A DNA stretch of 64,000 bases from Blastocystis sp. Blastoise. Its lineage: Eukaryota; Protista; Bigyra: Opalinata. The stretch is taken from contig JBBPEB010000002.1 in NCBI GenBank assembly GCA_039096225.1, positions 806,001-870,000 of the forward strand. The letters are read 5' to 3'. The translations under genes were made by a program, and so were the position numbers. Positions 36,426 to 53,958 of this stretch are shown here, piece by piece. The notes beneath the pieces were generated by a model that was given only the letters and a program-made list of their open reading frames with translations, did not search any database and was not told where the DNA came from. Numbering within the stretch: the stretch's first letter is position 1; every line of letters starts with the position of its first letter.

Positions 36426-37646
36426 TTATTCAAGCTCAGTGATTTGTTCTCTTAATTCATAAATTTCCATATCCTTATTATCAATAGTAGCTTTTAATTG
36501 TTGATATTTCATTTGATAAGTTGCTTGGTTCATGTCAATAATACAAGACATTTGTTGAATCTTATTTCTAATTTCTTCCTTCATATCTTCTAATTCCTTT
36601 TGAGCATTTTGAGCACACCATGTCTTTTCATCCATTTGGAAATTAAGATCCTTGACTTGTTGTCTTAATGTCTTTACATTACCTTCTTCCTTCTTAATAA
36701 CATTAAGTAAACGAGTCATCTTTTCTTCATCATTAGAAGTTTTAATTAAACTTTCGAAATCATCAATACGTTGTTGATATAAAGTTTGTAATTCAGAAGA
36801 TTTAGAATCATCATCATTCTTCCATTTAACAGATTCATCTAATTGAGTTAACAAATCACTAATCTTAGCATCCTTCTTAGTAATCTCATTAGCATTTTCA
36901 GCTAATTTAGCATCAAGAGTATCTTTCTCATTCTTCAAATCACTTAATTGTTTAGCTTGATCAGCAAAAGTCTTTTGAAGTTCTTCATATTGAGTCTTAG
37001 TACGTTCTAATTCCTTATTCTTAGCAGTTAAACGACTTAATTCTTCATTAAGTCCTTCAATTTCTTTCTTTAATTGACCAATAGAAAGATTCTTATCATT
37101 GACATCACAAATAGCTTCATTAAGACGAGATCTTTGTTGTTCATCACGATCCTTAAACATTTGTAATTGACTACGTAAATTATCAGCTTCAATCTTATAA
37201 TCATCAATAGTAATAGGATTAAAACTAGCAATAGCAGGTAAAGCACTATCTTGATTATTCTTAAGATCTAATTGTTCACGTAAACGATCAATTTCACTTT
37301 GCATTCTAGTTTGAGTAGCATTGGATTTAGCAAGAATAGGAGCAACAGCAGCATTAACAGCTTCATCAATCTTTTGAGTATCATTAGCCATTTCTTCCAT
37401 TTGTTCTCTTAAAGCAAGCATATCTTCTTTATAACTATCTTCCTTCTTCTTAAATTCATCTTTTAATGCAGCAACAGTATTATTAAGAGTATCAGCATCC
37501 TCCTTCTTAGTTCTTTCTAATTCAGCATCTTTAGAAGCAATAACATCTAATAATCTAGCAATTTCAGCATCAGTAGAAGCCTTAAGTTCATCATATTTCT
37601 TATTAGGTTCGTCTATTTTATCCTTCTTTTCTAATGATTCAAGCAT
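36426..37646 (-). CDS. Intronless coiled-coil protein of unknown function
   Basis: ~406-aa uninterrupted ORF, heptad-rich E/K/Q/L composition, biased codon use (AAG, GCT, CGT). Confidence 0.8.
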   Translation of the reverse strand: MLESLEKKDKIDEPNKKYDELKASTDAEIARLLDVIASKDAELERTKKEDADTLNNTVAALKDEFKKKEDSYKEDMLALREQMEEMANDTQKIDEAVNAAVAPILAKSNATQTRMQSEIDRLREQLDLKNNQDSALPAIASFNPITIDDYKIEADNLRSQLQMFKDRDEQQRSRLNEAICDVNDKNLSIGQLKKEIEGLNEELSRLTAKNKELERTKTQYEELQKTFADQAKQLSDLKNEKDTLDAKLAENANEITKKDAKISDLLTQLDESVKWKNDDDSKSSELQTLYQQRIDDFESLIKTSNDEEKMTRLLNVIKKEEGNVKTLRQQVKDLNFQMDEKTWCAQNAQKELEDMKEEIRNKIQQMSCIIDMNQATYQMKYQQLKATIDNKDMEIYELREQITELE

Positions 37647-38155
37647 ATTGTCAATAGATAGCAATGAAATTTATAGTATTTTATGAAAAAAATATATAGA
37701 AATATTTGAATAACAAAAAAAAACTTAAAAATTCAACAATCTGTATTCACTTCATTTTTCTGGTACAGTTTTTTTTAAATATAACTGAAACATTATAAAA
37801 TCATATTTACCTGATGTTTTCTACAATACATTCATGTAATTATCAATTTAAGGCATAAAAAAGTAAACTATCAATTATTTTTTTTAATATTTAAATATTA
37901 ATTAATTTCACATCATGATATATATAGAATATTTCTAATATATATATATAAACTGAATGTTTTCATTTTTCAAATTAACAACTCTAAAGAAAACAGTTAG
38001 TGTGTAGAAACCAAGTTAATACCTGGCATACTCCAATAACAACGGGAAATTTGTTGAAACAGCCACAAGTATTACATATATTCACGGATATATTTCTTTT
38101 TGTTCTTTTTGTTGGCTTAAGTGACAACATTACTTTTTATTTGTCTTCATTCAAT

Positions 38156-38811
38156 ATGAGTAAATATTATAAGGTTGAACTCTTAGCTGAAGCCATGAAG
38201 CCTAAACTTGTGAATGGTTCTTGGAGAAAGCCTGCTTTATCAGGAAGACAACGTGCTAGAATTCGACAAGAAGCTTTAAGAAATGGTACTATAGGTGGAA
38301 AACCAATGCAATGGAACCCTGAATGGGATAATTCTCAACGTTCTTGGATTCAACCTATTCCTAAAGGTACTGCTCAAGAAAGAAGTCTTCTAGAAAGGTA
38401 AACATTATATTTGAATAATACTATTTTGCAATTTCTTTTCAATCATTTTTTTTATGCCTATCATAATGCTATAATCTCTTTTTATATACTTATATACTAT
38501 GTAGAGTTCAGAATATTGATAATAACATGAAGAATATGCCCAAATATATTGAAGAAGCAAGAAAAGTATAGGATTCTTCATCATTATATATTTGTCATTT
38601 TTATATATTATTAATAATATTTTTCTATTTTTTTATTATTTTACTATTTAAATAGGAAGCATCGAAAGATCGTCAACAATTTGCATTTGGTGTAGTACCT
38701 ATAAAAGGTCTTCAAAGCAAAAGAAAATGTTATGTTGCTCCTAAAGTCAAAGTTGAAGAAAAAACACAAAAGCAACAACCCACAAAGCAAAAAAAACAAA
38801 AAATTGAATAA
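38156..38811 (+). CDS. Mitochondrial ribosomal protein mL59 (yeast Mrpl25-like)
   Basis: KPKLVNGSWRKPALSGRQRARIR; PKGTAQER..RVQNIDNNMKNMPKYIEE; 3 exons. Confidence 0.75.
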
Positions 38812-39109
38812 ATCAAAATGATATTATATATTTTTTATATTCCTTTTATTGTTATGTTTCATATTTGTGATTTTTTCATATTACTGGTTCATTAACATAT
38901 TTTTAATATCCATAAATCTACTATGTTAAAAAGAAACACCTGAAAAAACTGTTTAAAAACAAGAAAAGCTCTAAAAAAACTTGTATGAACTATTGATATG
39001 TTATTTGAACAATATAACTACTATTTTATATTATAAAAAACAAACATGAATAACAAAATAAGCTAATAGTTATTTATATATACACCAATAAAAAATTAAT
39101 AATAATCAT

Positions 39110-39655
39110 TTAAAACTTAGTAACACGAGTTAATTGAATATCATCAGATTTCATGCCTTCGTAATACATTCCTTGAATTGATTCCGTTTGTGTCATTTTC
39201 TCCATCTTCAGTTTTGTCACTTTATGACCATCAGTGTTTCGTAACGCTTGTATCTATATAATTAAAATAATGCTTAATATTTTAGTACAACACTAATATA
39301 TATTTATATATCAAAATATTACTAATGAACAAAAAGATGAATAGACATACTTGATCTAAAATATCTTGTTGTCTATAATTCTTTAGAGATATCTGTCTTT
39401 TTATTCCACTAACTACAAATAAGAATCATAAAATATACAATAGTATTTTTTAATATATATATAAATACTGTATTCCCCTACAAGTAAAGGATGTCTATTT
39501 GACTTCTCAACAACTTCAATACTCAACTGTGGATTATTTTGGGCAAATTTAATCAAATCACTTGCAATAAAGTTTCTTAATTCACTACTACTACCTCCAT
39601 TAGGACAGTAACGAATAGTTAATTTCTTCAAAAACCATACTCCTCGTGAAGCCAT
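39110..39655 (-). CDS. MRPL43: Mitochondrial ribosomal protein mL43 (L51/S25/CI-B8 domain)
   Basis: MASRGVWFLKKLTIRYCPNGGSSSELRNFI..FAQNNPQL..RHPLLVGEY..LRNTDG..TESIQGMY. Confidence 0.85.
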
Positions 39656-40615
39656 ATTTATGACTATATAAATAAAGAAAATAATATATCAAGAATATAA
39701 ATTTACATTTATTTAAGAAAATATATTAAAAATAAAAATTACAGTGAACTTTTTAAAATTCGTTGAAAAAAAGAATTGTGACAATTAACCATGATTATCA
39801 CAAAATAATCTGAGACTATCTTTTTATTTCCATTATTTATCGAGAATAAAGCCCATTGACTTGGTATTTCTCCATAACTCAATATTGTATTGGTTATCAA
39901 GAAAAAAGTGTTTTTTTCACTAAGAAACAACCATATTTTCATTATTTTTTGCAAAATTATTTTTATTTATTATTTCTTCAAATATTGAGCGAGAGCTATC
40001 TTCATCATAATAACGAAATAGCCACAGCTAGAATTGGCTTCTAACAGTAGCAAATAAATAAAAATTCAGCTTTTAAAAGGTAGATTATTGTATCTCACAA
40101 TAATAATAGAAACCAATCATGGCAAAAATAATACTCCCATAACTTTGTTTATATATATATATAAAATAAAATTAAATATAAATTATTTCTCTTGTTAATC
40201 AAAATGATATCTAGGTAAAGATTTTTATTTAATTCTATAGATTTTGTGTATCATTATTCACAGTTATATATATTCATCTCGATCTTCATTCGATGAGAAA
40301 TGAGTAATATGAAGCATGGTATTGATAGAATCACATTTTTTCATCCGCAGTTATTCAACATTTGTTTTTCTGATTCAATTACTCTATTAAAATATTATAT
40401 CTTTAAAAAAAAATAAAAGTATTTAATTTATAAATAGAATATTAATGTATTTTTAATAAGAAATGTGTTTTTGAATCAACTACCATATATCAAAAATAGT
40501 AATAATAAAGTATCATAAAGTAAAATTATCTTAAAATATATATATTTTTGATAATACAAATTTTCAATTGAATATTTTGTTATTATATATATTAAAACTC
40601 ATATTTAATTAGATA

Positions 40616-40652
40616 CAAGCGTTTCACGACTGGCTACGCCAGCCTACGCTTG
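40616..40652. other. Isolated GC-rich nested hairpin
   Basis: caagcgt (40616-22) pairs with acgcttg (40646-52); inner ctggc-tac-gccag (40630-42). Confidence 0.7.
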
Positions 40653-41017
40653 AGTTTAGATAATTATTATCTCTCAATTGTTATATCTTACATTGAATTT
40701 TAAAAAATGAATATTTATTCTTATGTTTTTGTTATTCATTTCTGTTTTTATTTTTTTTTAGGATTAAAACTATTTCATATTTTATAAAATATTATTTCAA
40801 TTGCTTTTAATTGTTATCTTCTAATCTTAATTTTCAATTTAGTATTTTAAATAATTTAATTCATACATATTGATAATTCTTACTTAACATTCTATATGTT
40901 TTTGAGTATTATTTCCTTTTTTTTTTTAATATTCTTTTTAGCCATTTTTATTATTGATTATATATATTTATTGTTTATCAATGATAATTAATTAACTCTT
41001 GTGTTTTATTTTTGATC

Positions 41018-41130
41018 TTATTTCTATTTCTATTTCTATTTCTATTTCTATTTCTATTTCTATTTCTATTTCTATTTCTATTTCTATTTCTATTTCTATT
41101 TCTATTTCTATTTCTATTTCTATTTCTATT
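41018..41130. repeat. (TTTCTA)n microsatellite
   Basis: Perfect hexamer run. Confidence 0.9.
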
Positions 41131-41949
41131 TAGTTTTTAGTTTTCAATATTAATTCACTTTTCTTTGTTATTTCATTTATAACTTTCTATGTATTTTATC
41201 AATTCATTTAGTTTTATAAATATTTAGTATTTTAAATAATATCAATATGATTATAAAATACTTTTTCTTTTAAAACATATTATTATCACTTATACCCTAC
41301 CTTTAAATATTTATGTTTTATTTGAATTAGTCTATATAATTATTATTGTGAGAAATAGCTTATTCTCTTGTCTAAAAAAACATTATATATTCTTTTTTAT
41401 TCTTTTCATATATTGTTTTGTTTTATTTTTTAAAATATTATAATTTTGATATCTATTTGTTTTTTTATATTTTATCCTTTCCTTTTATATATACTATTAT
41501 ATAAATATTTTAGAAATTTTATTATACAGCTTTTCTCAATTAATAAATGTTTAATTATATAAATAGTAATCATATCTTGATATTATTTGATAAATATTAT
41601 AATTTTTCTTTTATTATACTTATTTTAGTTTGAATTATTAATACAAAAGTACTCTTAATAATTAAAAGATATTTATTACTTTATATAATAAACAAAAAAA
41701 TTAGAGTCTTATTTTAATATTTATCATTAATAGAATCTATTCGTTTTAAGTAAAAGAGAATATTTATAGAGAAATTATCTTTTCATTATTTTAAATTAAT
41801 TAATTCAAATTTAATTCAATTTTTATAGTGTTATCAAAATCATTCTAGAAATAAGAAATAAAAACTAAAATATAAAACAAAAATTACATTTCATTTCATA
41901 ACTAAATAGATTTAAATACTTTGGAAACTTTTATTATTGTACATACAAT

Positions 41950-42700
41950 ATAGCTTCTAAAACAAATAAGTTATCATAAAAAAACTCTAAAAGAATGAAC
42001 GTTTTTAAATACATATACTCACTTTTATTTTAACTAATTTTATGCTAATATACACATGTATTGAATTTGTTATTTTAATTTGTAAAAAATAACTTGAATC
42101 TCTTTTGTTTAAAGTCACAATTACAAAGAATGAGTTCTTTTGAAAGACAAAAAACATTCTTTAAACAATAATAATTTTGTATTTAGTGACATAAAAACGT
42201 ATTATACAGTTTTAGAAACAATTAAAATCTTTTTACCCATTTTAACACTCCTATCAAACAGTCAACCATGTTTAATTAAACTAATTTTTAATATTTTATA
42301 TTCTATAATAAGTCTATTTATTATTATTATAAAAAGTGACTTGAATCTCTTGACTTAACTATTGTAATTCTAAAAAAATAATTTTTTGAACAACTTAAAA
42401 TGTTTATTTATTGTAGATTTTAATATGAAACACTCTAAAAACACTCAATATATACTTATTGTAACCATTTTAGAAAAATAGACTCATTTTAACATTTTGG
42501 TCAAACACACAACCACCTTTATTTCAAACAATTCTTTTATTATTATAAACATTAAACACTCTAATATTCATTTTTATAAAAAGTGTATTGAATCTCTTCA
42601 CTTAAGACAGTCAAACAGACAATTCAAAATTATTTTACCCTTTAAACTCATTATAAAGTGATAATATTTATAGAATTGCTTTGATATGTGGTTTAGGACA
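41950..42700. repeat. Diverged tandem repeat, period ~247 bp, ~3 copies
   Basis: ttgaatctct at 42094, 42341, 42588; cattttaaca at 42238, 42485. Confidence 0.75.
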
Positions 42701-42869
42701 TATTTAACTACTTTTTTCAAAATTATGAGTCAACATGTGCATATACTCAGTCACTCGTCTAACTTATTTTTGACTAATTTTTTGAGAAATGCAATACATA
42801 TAAGGTCTAGTTTACAAATATATAAAAATTATTTGTCAAATATGAATTTGATTTGTCAACTTTCAGAAA

Positions 42870-44300
42870 ATTTTTAGAAAAATGATTTTTCAATTTTCAG
42901 TTTTTTAACATGTTATACTATTGACTCTACTGAACTCATTTCTTAATTAATTTTAAATGTTAAAATTTATATCGTTAATATATTTTATTCTCTATATTTA
43001 TTTGTTAAAATTATAATAAATAATTAAATATTGACTGAGAAATTAATGTTATAAAGTATACCCTTTTTTCAAAAATTAATTTTTTTATGTTTTGCATATA
43101 TAATTTTTTATCTCAAAAGTTATTTTATATTTTGATAATATTTTTATAAATATATAAACTATAGGTTGTCTAGTTTATAAATAAGTTTTATTTATTTTAT
43201 TTAAATTAATATTGATGGAGAAATTGTCAAAATAAACTATAGTATCCAAAATGCTTTCTTCTTTTTAAACGACTTATTTCACTAATTAAAGACAATTAAA
43301 AACAAATTTATTTATTTTAAGCTTATTTATGACATATACAACTCATAAAGACTCATAACTAACTTTTTAAGACAAACATTGTCAGTATCAGTTCAACATG
43401 TTGTCTTAACTTTTTCAAATAAGTCACGTACAGTGTCTATGAGTGGTTCTAAACACATATTAAAACGTTTTAAGAGTTTATTAAGTTAACATTGTCTGGT
43501 GATCTGTTGTCAAAGTCTTTTAAAAACAAAATAAAATTGTAAAATATGTTTATTTTGGTATGTAGTTTTTAAATATAAAGTCAAATGTCAAATAAAATTG
43601 TTAATGATGAAAATATAAACAAAAAACAAATGAAAACTTTTTAAGAAAATTTTTTGAAAGTCATTTTTTATTGAGTTCAACTATTGACTCTTGTCACCTG
43701 AGTTTTCAATTAATTAAAAAAATGAAAAATATGTATCTGCTATGACATGTCTAGTTTCTAAATATGTTTTAACTTTTTTATTTTATTAAGAATTGATTGA
43801 GAAATCACAATAACAAACTATACCCTTTTTAGAAAATTTTCATTTTTATGTTTTTCATATAAATGAATGTTTCTCAGTCAATATTAAATATTTAGATAAA
43901 ATAAAAAATATGTATCTGCAATAGCTTATCTTAATTATAATTATACTTTTATTTTTAAAAAATACCCAAAACTCAAGGAGAAAGACGAATAACAAACTAT
44001 ACTATCAAAACATCAAAATTTCTATTATCAAATATTTTCTTATTAAAACTTTTTAAACAACTAAAAGATATACTTATGACATGTATTGATTCTAAATAAC
44101 TTGAATAAACTCAAATAAGTTTATAAAGAAGGAATGTGTCGGATATCAGTTTGTCTTTTGTTGTTATTTAAAGGAATTATTGTTGTTTCAGAGTAGTTGA
44201 GGTCAGTATCATTGCATATGAAATGTTTTTAGAGTTTATAGTTAGTGATGTGTGTATTGATATGTTGTCAAGTTGTAAATATAAACTAATTCACCCGTCA
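42870..44300. repeat. Diverged tandem duplication, period ~760 bp
   Basis: ctattgactc 42918/43681; tataccctttt 43057/43819; ggagaaa 43217/43977; tatcagtt 43386/44144; agagtttat 43473/44231; tgttgtcaa 43505/44263. Confidence 0.8.
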
Positions 44301-45072
44301 AAACTATTTATAAGACTAATCCGTCAATAAAAGTCAATTTTATAAAAATAAATATAGAGTATGTGAGTAGATATAAGAAAAATAAGAAAACAATAAAAAA
44401 TGAAAAACGAAAAATAAGTGTTTTTATAAAAATGAAAAATATTGGATAAAATAAAAATAATCCAATAATTTTGGTTAAAATTTTGTGCGAAAATGGTTTT
44501 TTGCGATTTTTAGCCAGAAATTTAGAATTTTCGAAAAATTTCTTTAACAGTCATTTTCAGAATTGTGTTCCGGTTTTTATGATGTTATTTTTATTTTATA
44601 AAAGTTAATAACAAAGTCAAGAATAGTGAAAGTGTGTGAGACACCGTACGCTACATGAACTAAATTAAGGATATTAATAAAATAATAGGGTCATTCCTAA
44701 TTGACTATTAATATAATATGCCCTATTAAATATTTTATAATAGTAAAAAACACATATTTTTTAAAACTATATGACTTTTATTTTTTATTTAATTTCATAA
44801 AAATATATGTTATTTATATAGTTTTTAATGATATGCTGTGATTTCCTTATATAATTACATTATGAAATTGTATTATAATGCAAAATTAATATAGACAAGA
44901 TATTTATGTAAATTTTACATATTTATTTAAAATGAGAATTTATTACTTATGTTACAGTCCATAAACATATTATTGAAAAAACAAATATATGTAATACTAT
45001 AAATAATAATAACAATACTTGAAACAAAAATAAAATGTATCATTTTGTATAATAATACTTTATAAAAACAAA

Positions 45073-48000
45073 TTAAAGTTGATAAATAAAATTTCCATTT
45101 TCTTCAGAAATATAAGTATACCCATAAATAAAATTATTTAATTTATATTTTTCTAAGCATTGTTTTGTATATGTTTTCCATAATGGAGTAGTAGAAGTTT
45201 GAGTATCTTTCGATTGATCCCAGAGTATACTTAATGTATATATATAGAAGAGTGAAGGTTGTAATACATTGGATAGTTGAATATTTGTAAATAATGAATT
45301 ATAGGAAGGAAAACATTCTTCTAAACTATGTATATATTCTGAACTTGAATCTATATATATATAGAATAATAATTATATATTATTATATAAATATATATAC
45401 TATGTAAAAAAGGTATTTGTTGTGTATAATAAAGAATAATTGTTTGATGAATATATTCTAATGGATCTATATAGAATATATAAATAATATATAATATATA
45501 TATATATACTATTATTCATGAGATTAGATTGAATAGTTTGTTGAATAGGATTATAAAGAGAATCTTCATATATACCTATACCATTATAGGATTCATTTAA
45601 AGTGATATATTTAGACATATTCATATTATGAACAGATATATTATCATCACTATCACATGTATCGAATGAAGGCGAATCAAGTGATTGGTCAATTAATGAT
45701 TGTGTTCCATCTTGAGGAGGAATATATGACGAATCATTAGATATATTTATATCGATAGATTGTTTGGCGTTTAGAGAATAATTTTCTTGTTGAATACTTG
45801 AAGGAGAAGGAATAGATTGTGTATTATTGTTAGAGATATCTTTAGTATAAGAAGAAGTTATTGTTTGAGAAGGAGAAATAGAATCAATAGATATATGTTT
45901 AGAATATTTAGGAGGAGATGGATCTACAGGAATAGTAATATTAAGTAGCGAATCAAATGATTGACTTATTTCTGAGTCACGTGTGTTTGGTGAAGAAGAA
46001 AGAATAGTATTATTTTGTAATATATTTTGTTTATTATTCTGAAGAGATACAGGAGATTTCGATATATTTGAAGGAGATATAGTATTATTAGAAGGAGAAT
46101 AATTATGATAAAAGGATGTTCCTCTTCGTGTTGTTACTGAACTTAAAGGTATTGAAGAAGGAATATCAGATGAAACTACTTGAGAAATATTATTATTATT
46201 ATTATTTGTGTTATTCATAGAGTCGTCTAAAGAATTTGATAAGAAAGAAAAGTTTGTATCTATACTATTAGATGTATTAATAGATGAAGATATAGGATTT
46301 GAGAGTTGAAGTTGAGGAGGAGAGAGAGGACTTTTTGTATTACTAAGAGTACTGTTATTCAAAATACTATTTAATTGTTGATTTAATAATGTAGAATTGC
46401 GATCTTCAGATATAGAGAGTGTTTTATTATTTATATCTTGAGAAATATTATTATTATTATTATTTGAAGAATTATTATTATTAATATTATTATTATTATT
46501 ATTAATAGAAGAAGGAGAAGGAGTAATAGTAGTTATATGTTGTTCATCATCTGTTTCATCTTCAAAGAATGACGTGTCATCAATAGAACTTTCTGAAGAT
46601 AATAATGAATTTATAGTCGATGCTCTTTTTATTGTATTAGAAGGAGTTTGAAAAAAAGAGACTTTTGAAGACAAAGAATCTTTATCGATAGAGGATTGCG
46701 ATGTATTTTGTGTATTTAATTGTACATTGTATTGTGATTGACTTGTATTTTGAGATGAATTCAGTAGAGATTTTTGAGTATTTTGTATATTTGAAGAAGA
46801 AAGAGTAGATTGTGAATTATTTGTAGTATTAGGGTAAGTAGATGAAAGAGAAGCATTTGAATTCTGTGTATATACATTCATTGAAGTAGTAGAAGATAAT
46901 TTCTTTGGAGTAGGAGAAGGAGTAATGATAGGAGAAGAGGAAGGAGTAATGATAGGAGAAGAGGAAGGAGTAATAATAGGAGAAGACTGTTCTTCTGGTT
47001 GAGCAACTATAATCGCTGAATTTGCTGTATTATTATTGTTATTATTGTTATTATTAGAGAGACTAGAAGGATGTGATTCAGAAGAAACACTACTAAAACG
47101 TAATGTTCTTCTCGTTACATCTTCTGAGATAACAGATGAAGAAGGAGAAGAAGGATGAATAGTTGTAGATATAGATATATTTGACTGAGAAGGTATTATT
47201 CCTTGATTATGTGATTTTAATGGTAATGACAGAGGAGGAGGAGATATATATCCATCTGTAGAAGTAGACTGCTCTATTTAATATAATATAATAATAAAAA
47301 CAATAATATAATAATAATAATAAAATGATTATTACAATAAAAAATAGCCTATTTTATATTATATATACTAGTTTGTGATATAGGTTTAGATGGAGATGAA
47401 GAAACAGAGAGAAAGGAATCATTAATAGTGTCAGGTTGACTTGTGATTTCTGAAGGAAATAACGTATTTGTATCTTTAGGAGAGAGAGAAGATAAATTAT
47501 GAAAAGATGAACTTGAATCTTCATATATACTAGGATATACATCTAATTGTGTTTTATTTGTATTCTTAGTATATATTAAAGAAGGTCTAGAAAAAGAAGG
47601 AATCGAATTCGAAAGAAATGAACCACTATTATTATCCTTATTATTATTATCTAGAAGAACGTTATTCACTGAAGAATTGAACATACCACTATCTCTTGCT
47701 GGCATCTAAATAGAATAATATATATAAAATATAATACATATATATTAATATTTTATAAAAAAGAGAAATAGAATATTTAAAAATGAAATAAATTTAAAAA
47801 TAATAATAATAAACAATATATATAAATACAGATGTATTAAATAGAGATTGAGAATTGTTATTATTTGGAAGAATTGATTCACTGTATGAATTCTTAGTTT
47901 GTTGTTGCCAAGTACTATCCATTTGACGATCATTATTCCTATTTGAAATCACAGGAGTAGATAGTTCAGAGGTTTTGGGGATTTGTTTTTCAGATAGAAT

Positions 48001-48483
48001 AGTTTGTTTCGAAAACGAAGAATCTTCTTTTGACGACTGAATATTTGAAGATATATTTGAATATGTATTTGAATATGTATTTGAATATGTATTTGAATAT
48101 GTATTTGAATATGTATTCGAGAATGTACTGGATAACGAAGGTTTCAATCGGTCATTTTCAGATAATAAAGGTTTTGTTGTTGATTGGATTTTATCAAACT
48201 TGTCCATGAGATCTTTGACACCACCTTCGACGTCAGGAACATCTTGAACATGCAAAAGAGTATTCTTATCATCAGCTCCATCATTGTGTGTCATAAATTT
48301 CGTAGGAGCAACTTTATAACTTGGAGCAAACCTCATCTGAGCCTTTGGGAGATTTCCACGAGATTCTTCTGGAGCTTTTCTTTGAGTGGGATTGAAAATA
48401 CCTTTTTCTCGTGGAGGTGCATCTACTCCATTGATTTGTTTATAAATAATACTTTTCAATGGATTCACTCCTTTATCACTCAT
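45073..48483 (-). CDS. Large Ser/Asn/Pro-rich, probably disordered protein with a small C-terminal folded region (5 exons)
   Basis: ORFs 47794-48483, 47349-47705 and 45400-46881 join in frame by GT-AG introns; SNTY 12-nt repeats ~48050-48120; TAA 45073-45075. Confidence 0.7.
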
Positions 48484-48710
48484 AGCAATTATTCAATCGA
48501 AAAACGCAAATCAAAGAAAAAAGTTGTTTATTTTGTTTCTCGATTATAATTTTAAATTCTCTTCAAAATTCAAAAAAATTGTGAAACAGAATATTATTAT
48601 AATTCCATTGTTCTTCACATTCAGATTATCAACTACTAAACTAGTTATAAATTAATATACTTCATCATCCTATCTCTCTATTATAATACTTAGCGATTAT
48701 TGAACAGTCA
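48484..48710. promoter_or_regulatory. Putative bidirectional promoter (Ser-rich gene / POP, 227 bp)
   Basis: Head-to-head gene arrangement only. Confidence 0.5.
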
Positions 48711-53504
<4,794 letters not shown>

Positions 53505-53958
53505 TTCGGAAAAAGAAACATTTTTATTCATCTATTTTTTTATTAGTATTATTAGATATATGTATGAAATTAGTTTATTCAATTAAATAACTATTGTTTA
53601 GGTGTCTGTAATTATTTCTTTTTGATAATCTGTATTCATTTCTATACTTGACAAACAATATATATATATATACTCTTTCATTTTTTATAATGAACTGTGA
53701 AAACTGTAAATGCATATATTTATACATAAATTGAGTAACCCTTCTATTGTCTTCTAGACTAAACATTATTAATAATATCATAGATTAAATAGTAACAAAA
53801 ATATGAATCTATATATAAATAACTCAACTGATCCTACAATATTATCCATTTAATAGCTTAAAACTAAAAGTATAAAAAGCATGTATTAAATACAATTTCA
53901 TATTTAAACACTTTATATTAAAAACAAAAATAAATTAAAAAGCATTTATGATTCTTCT

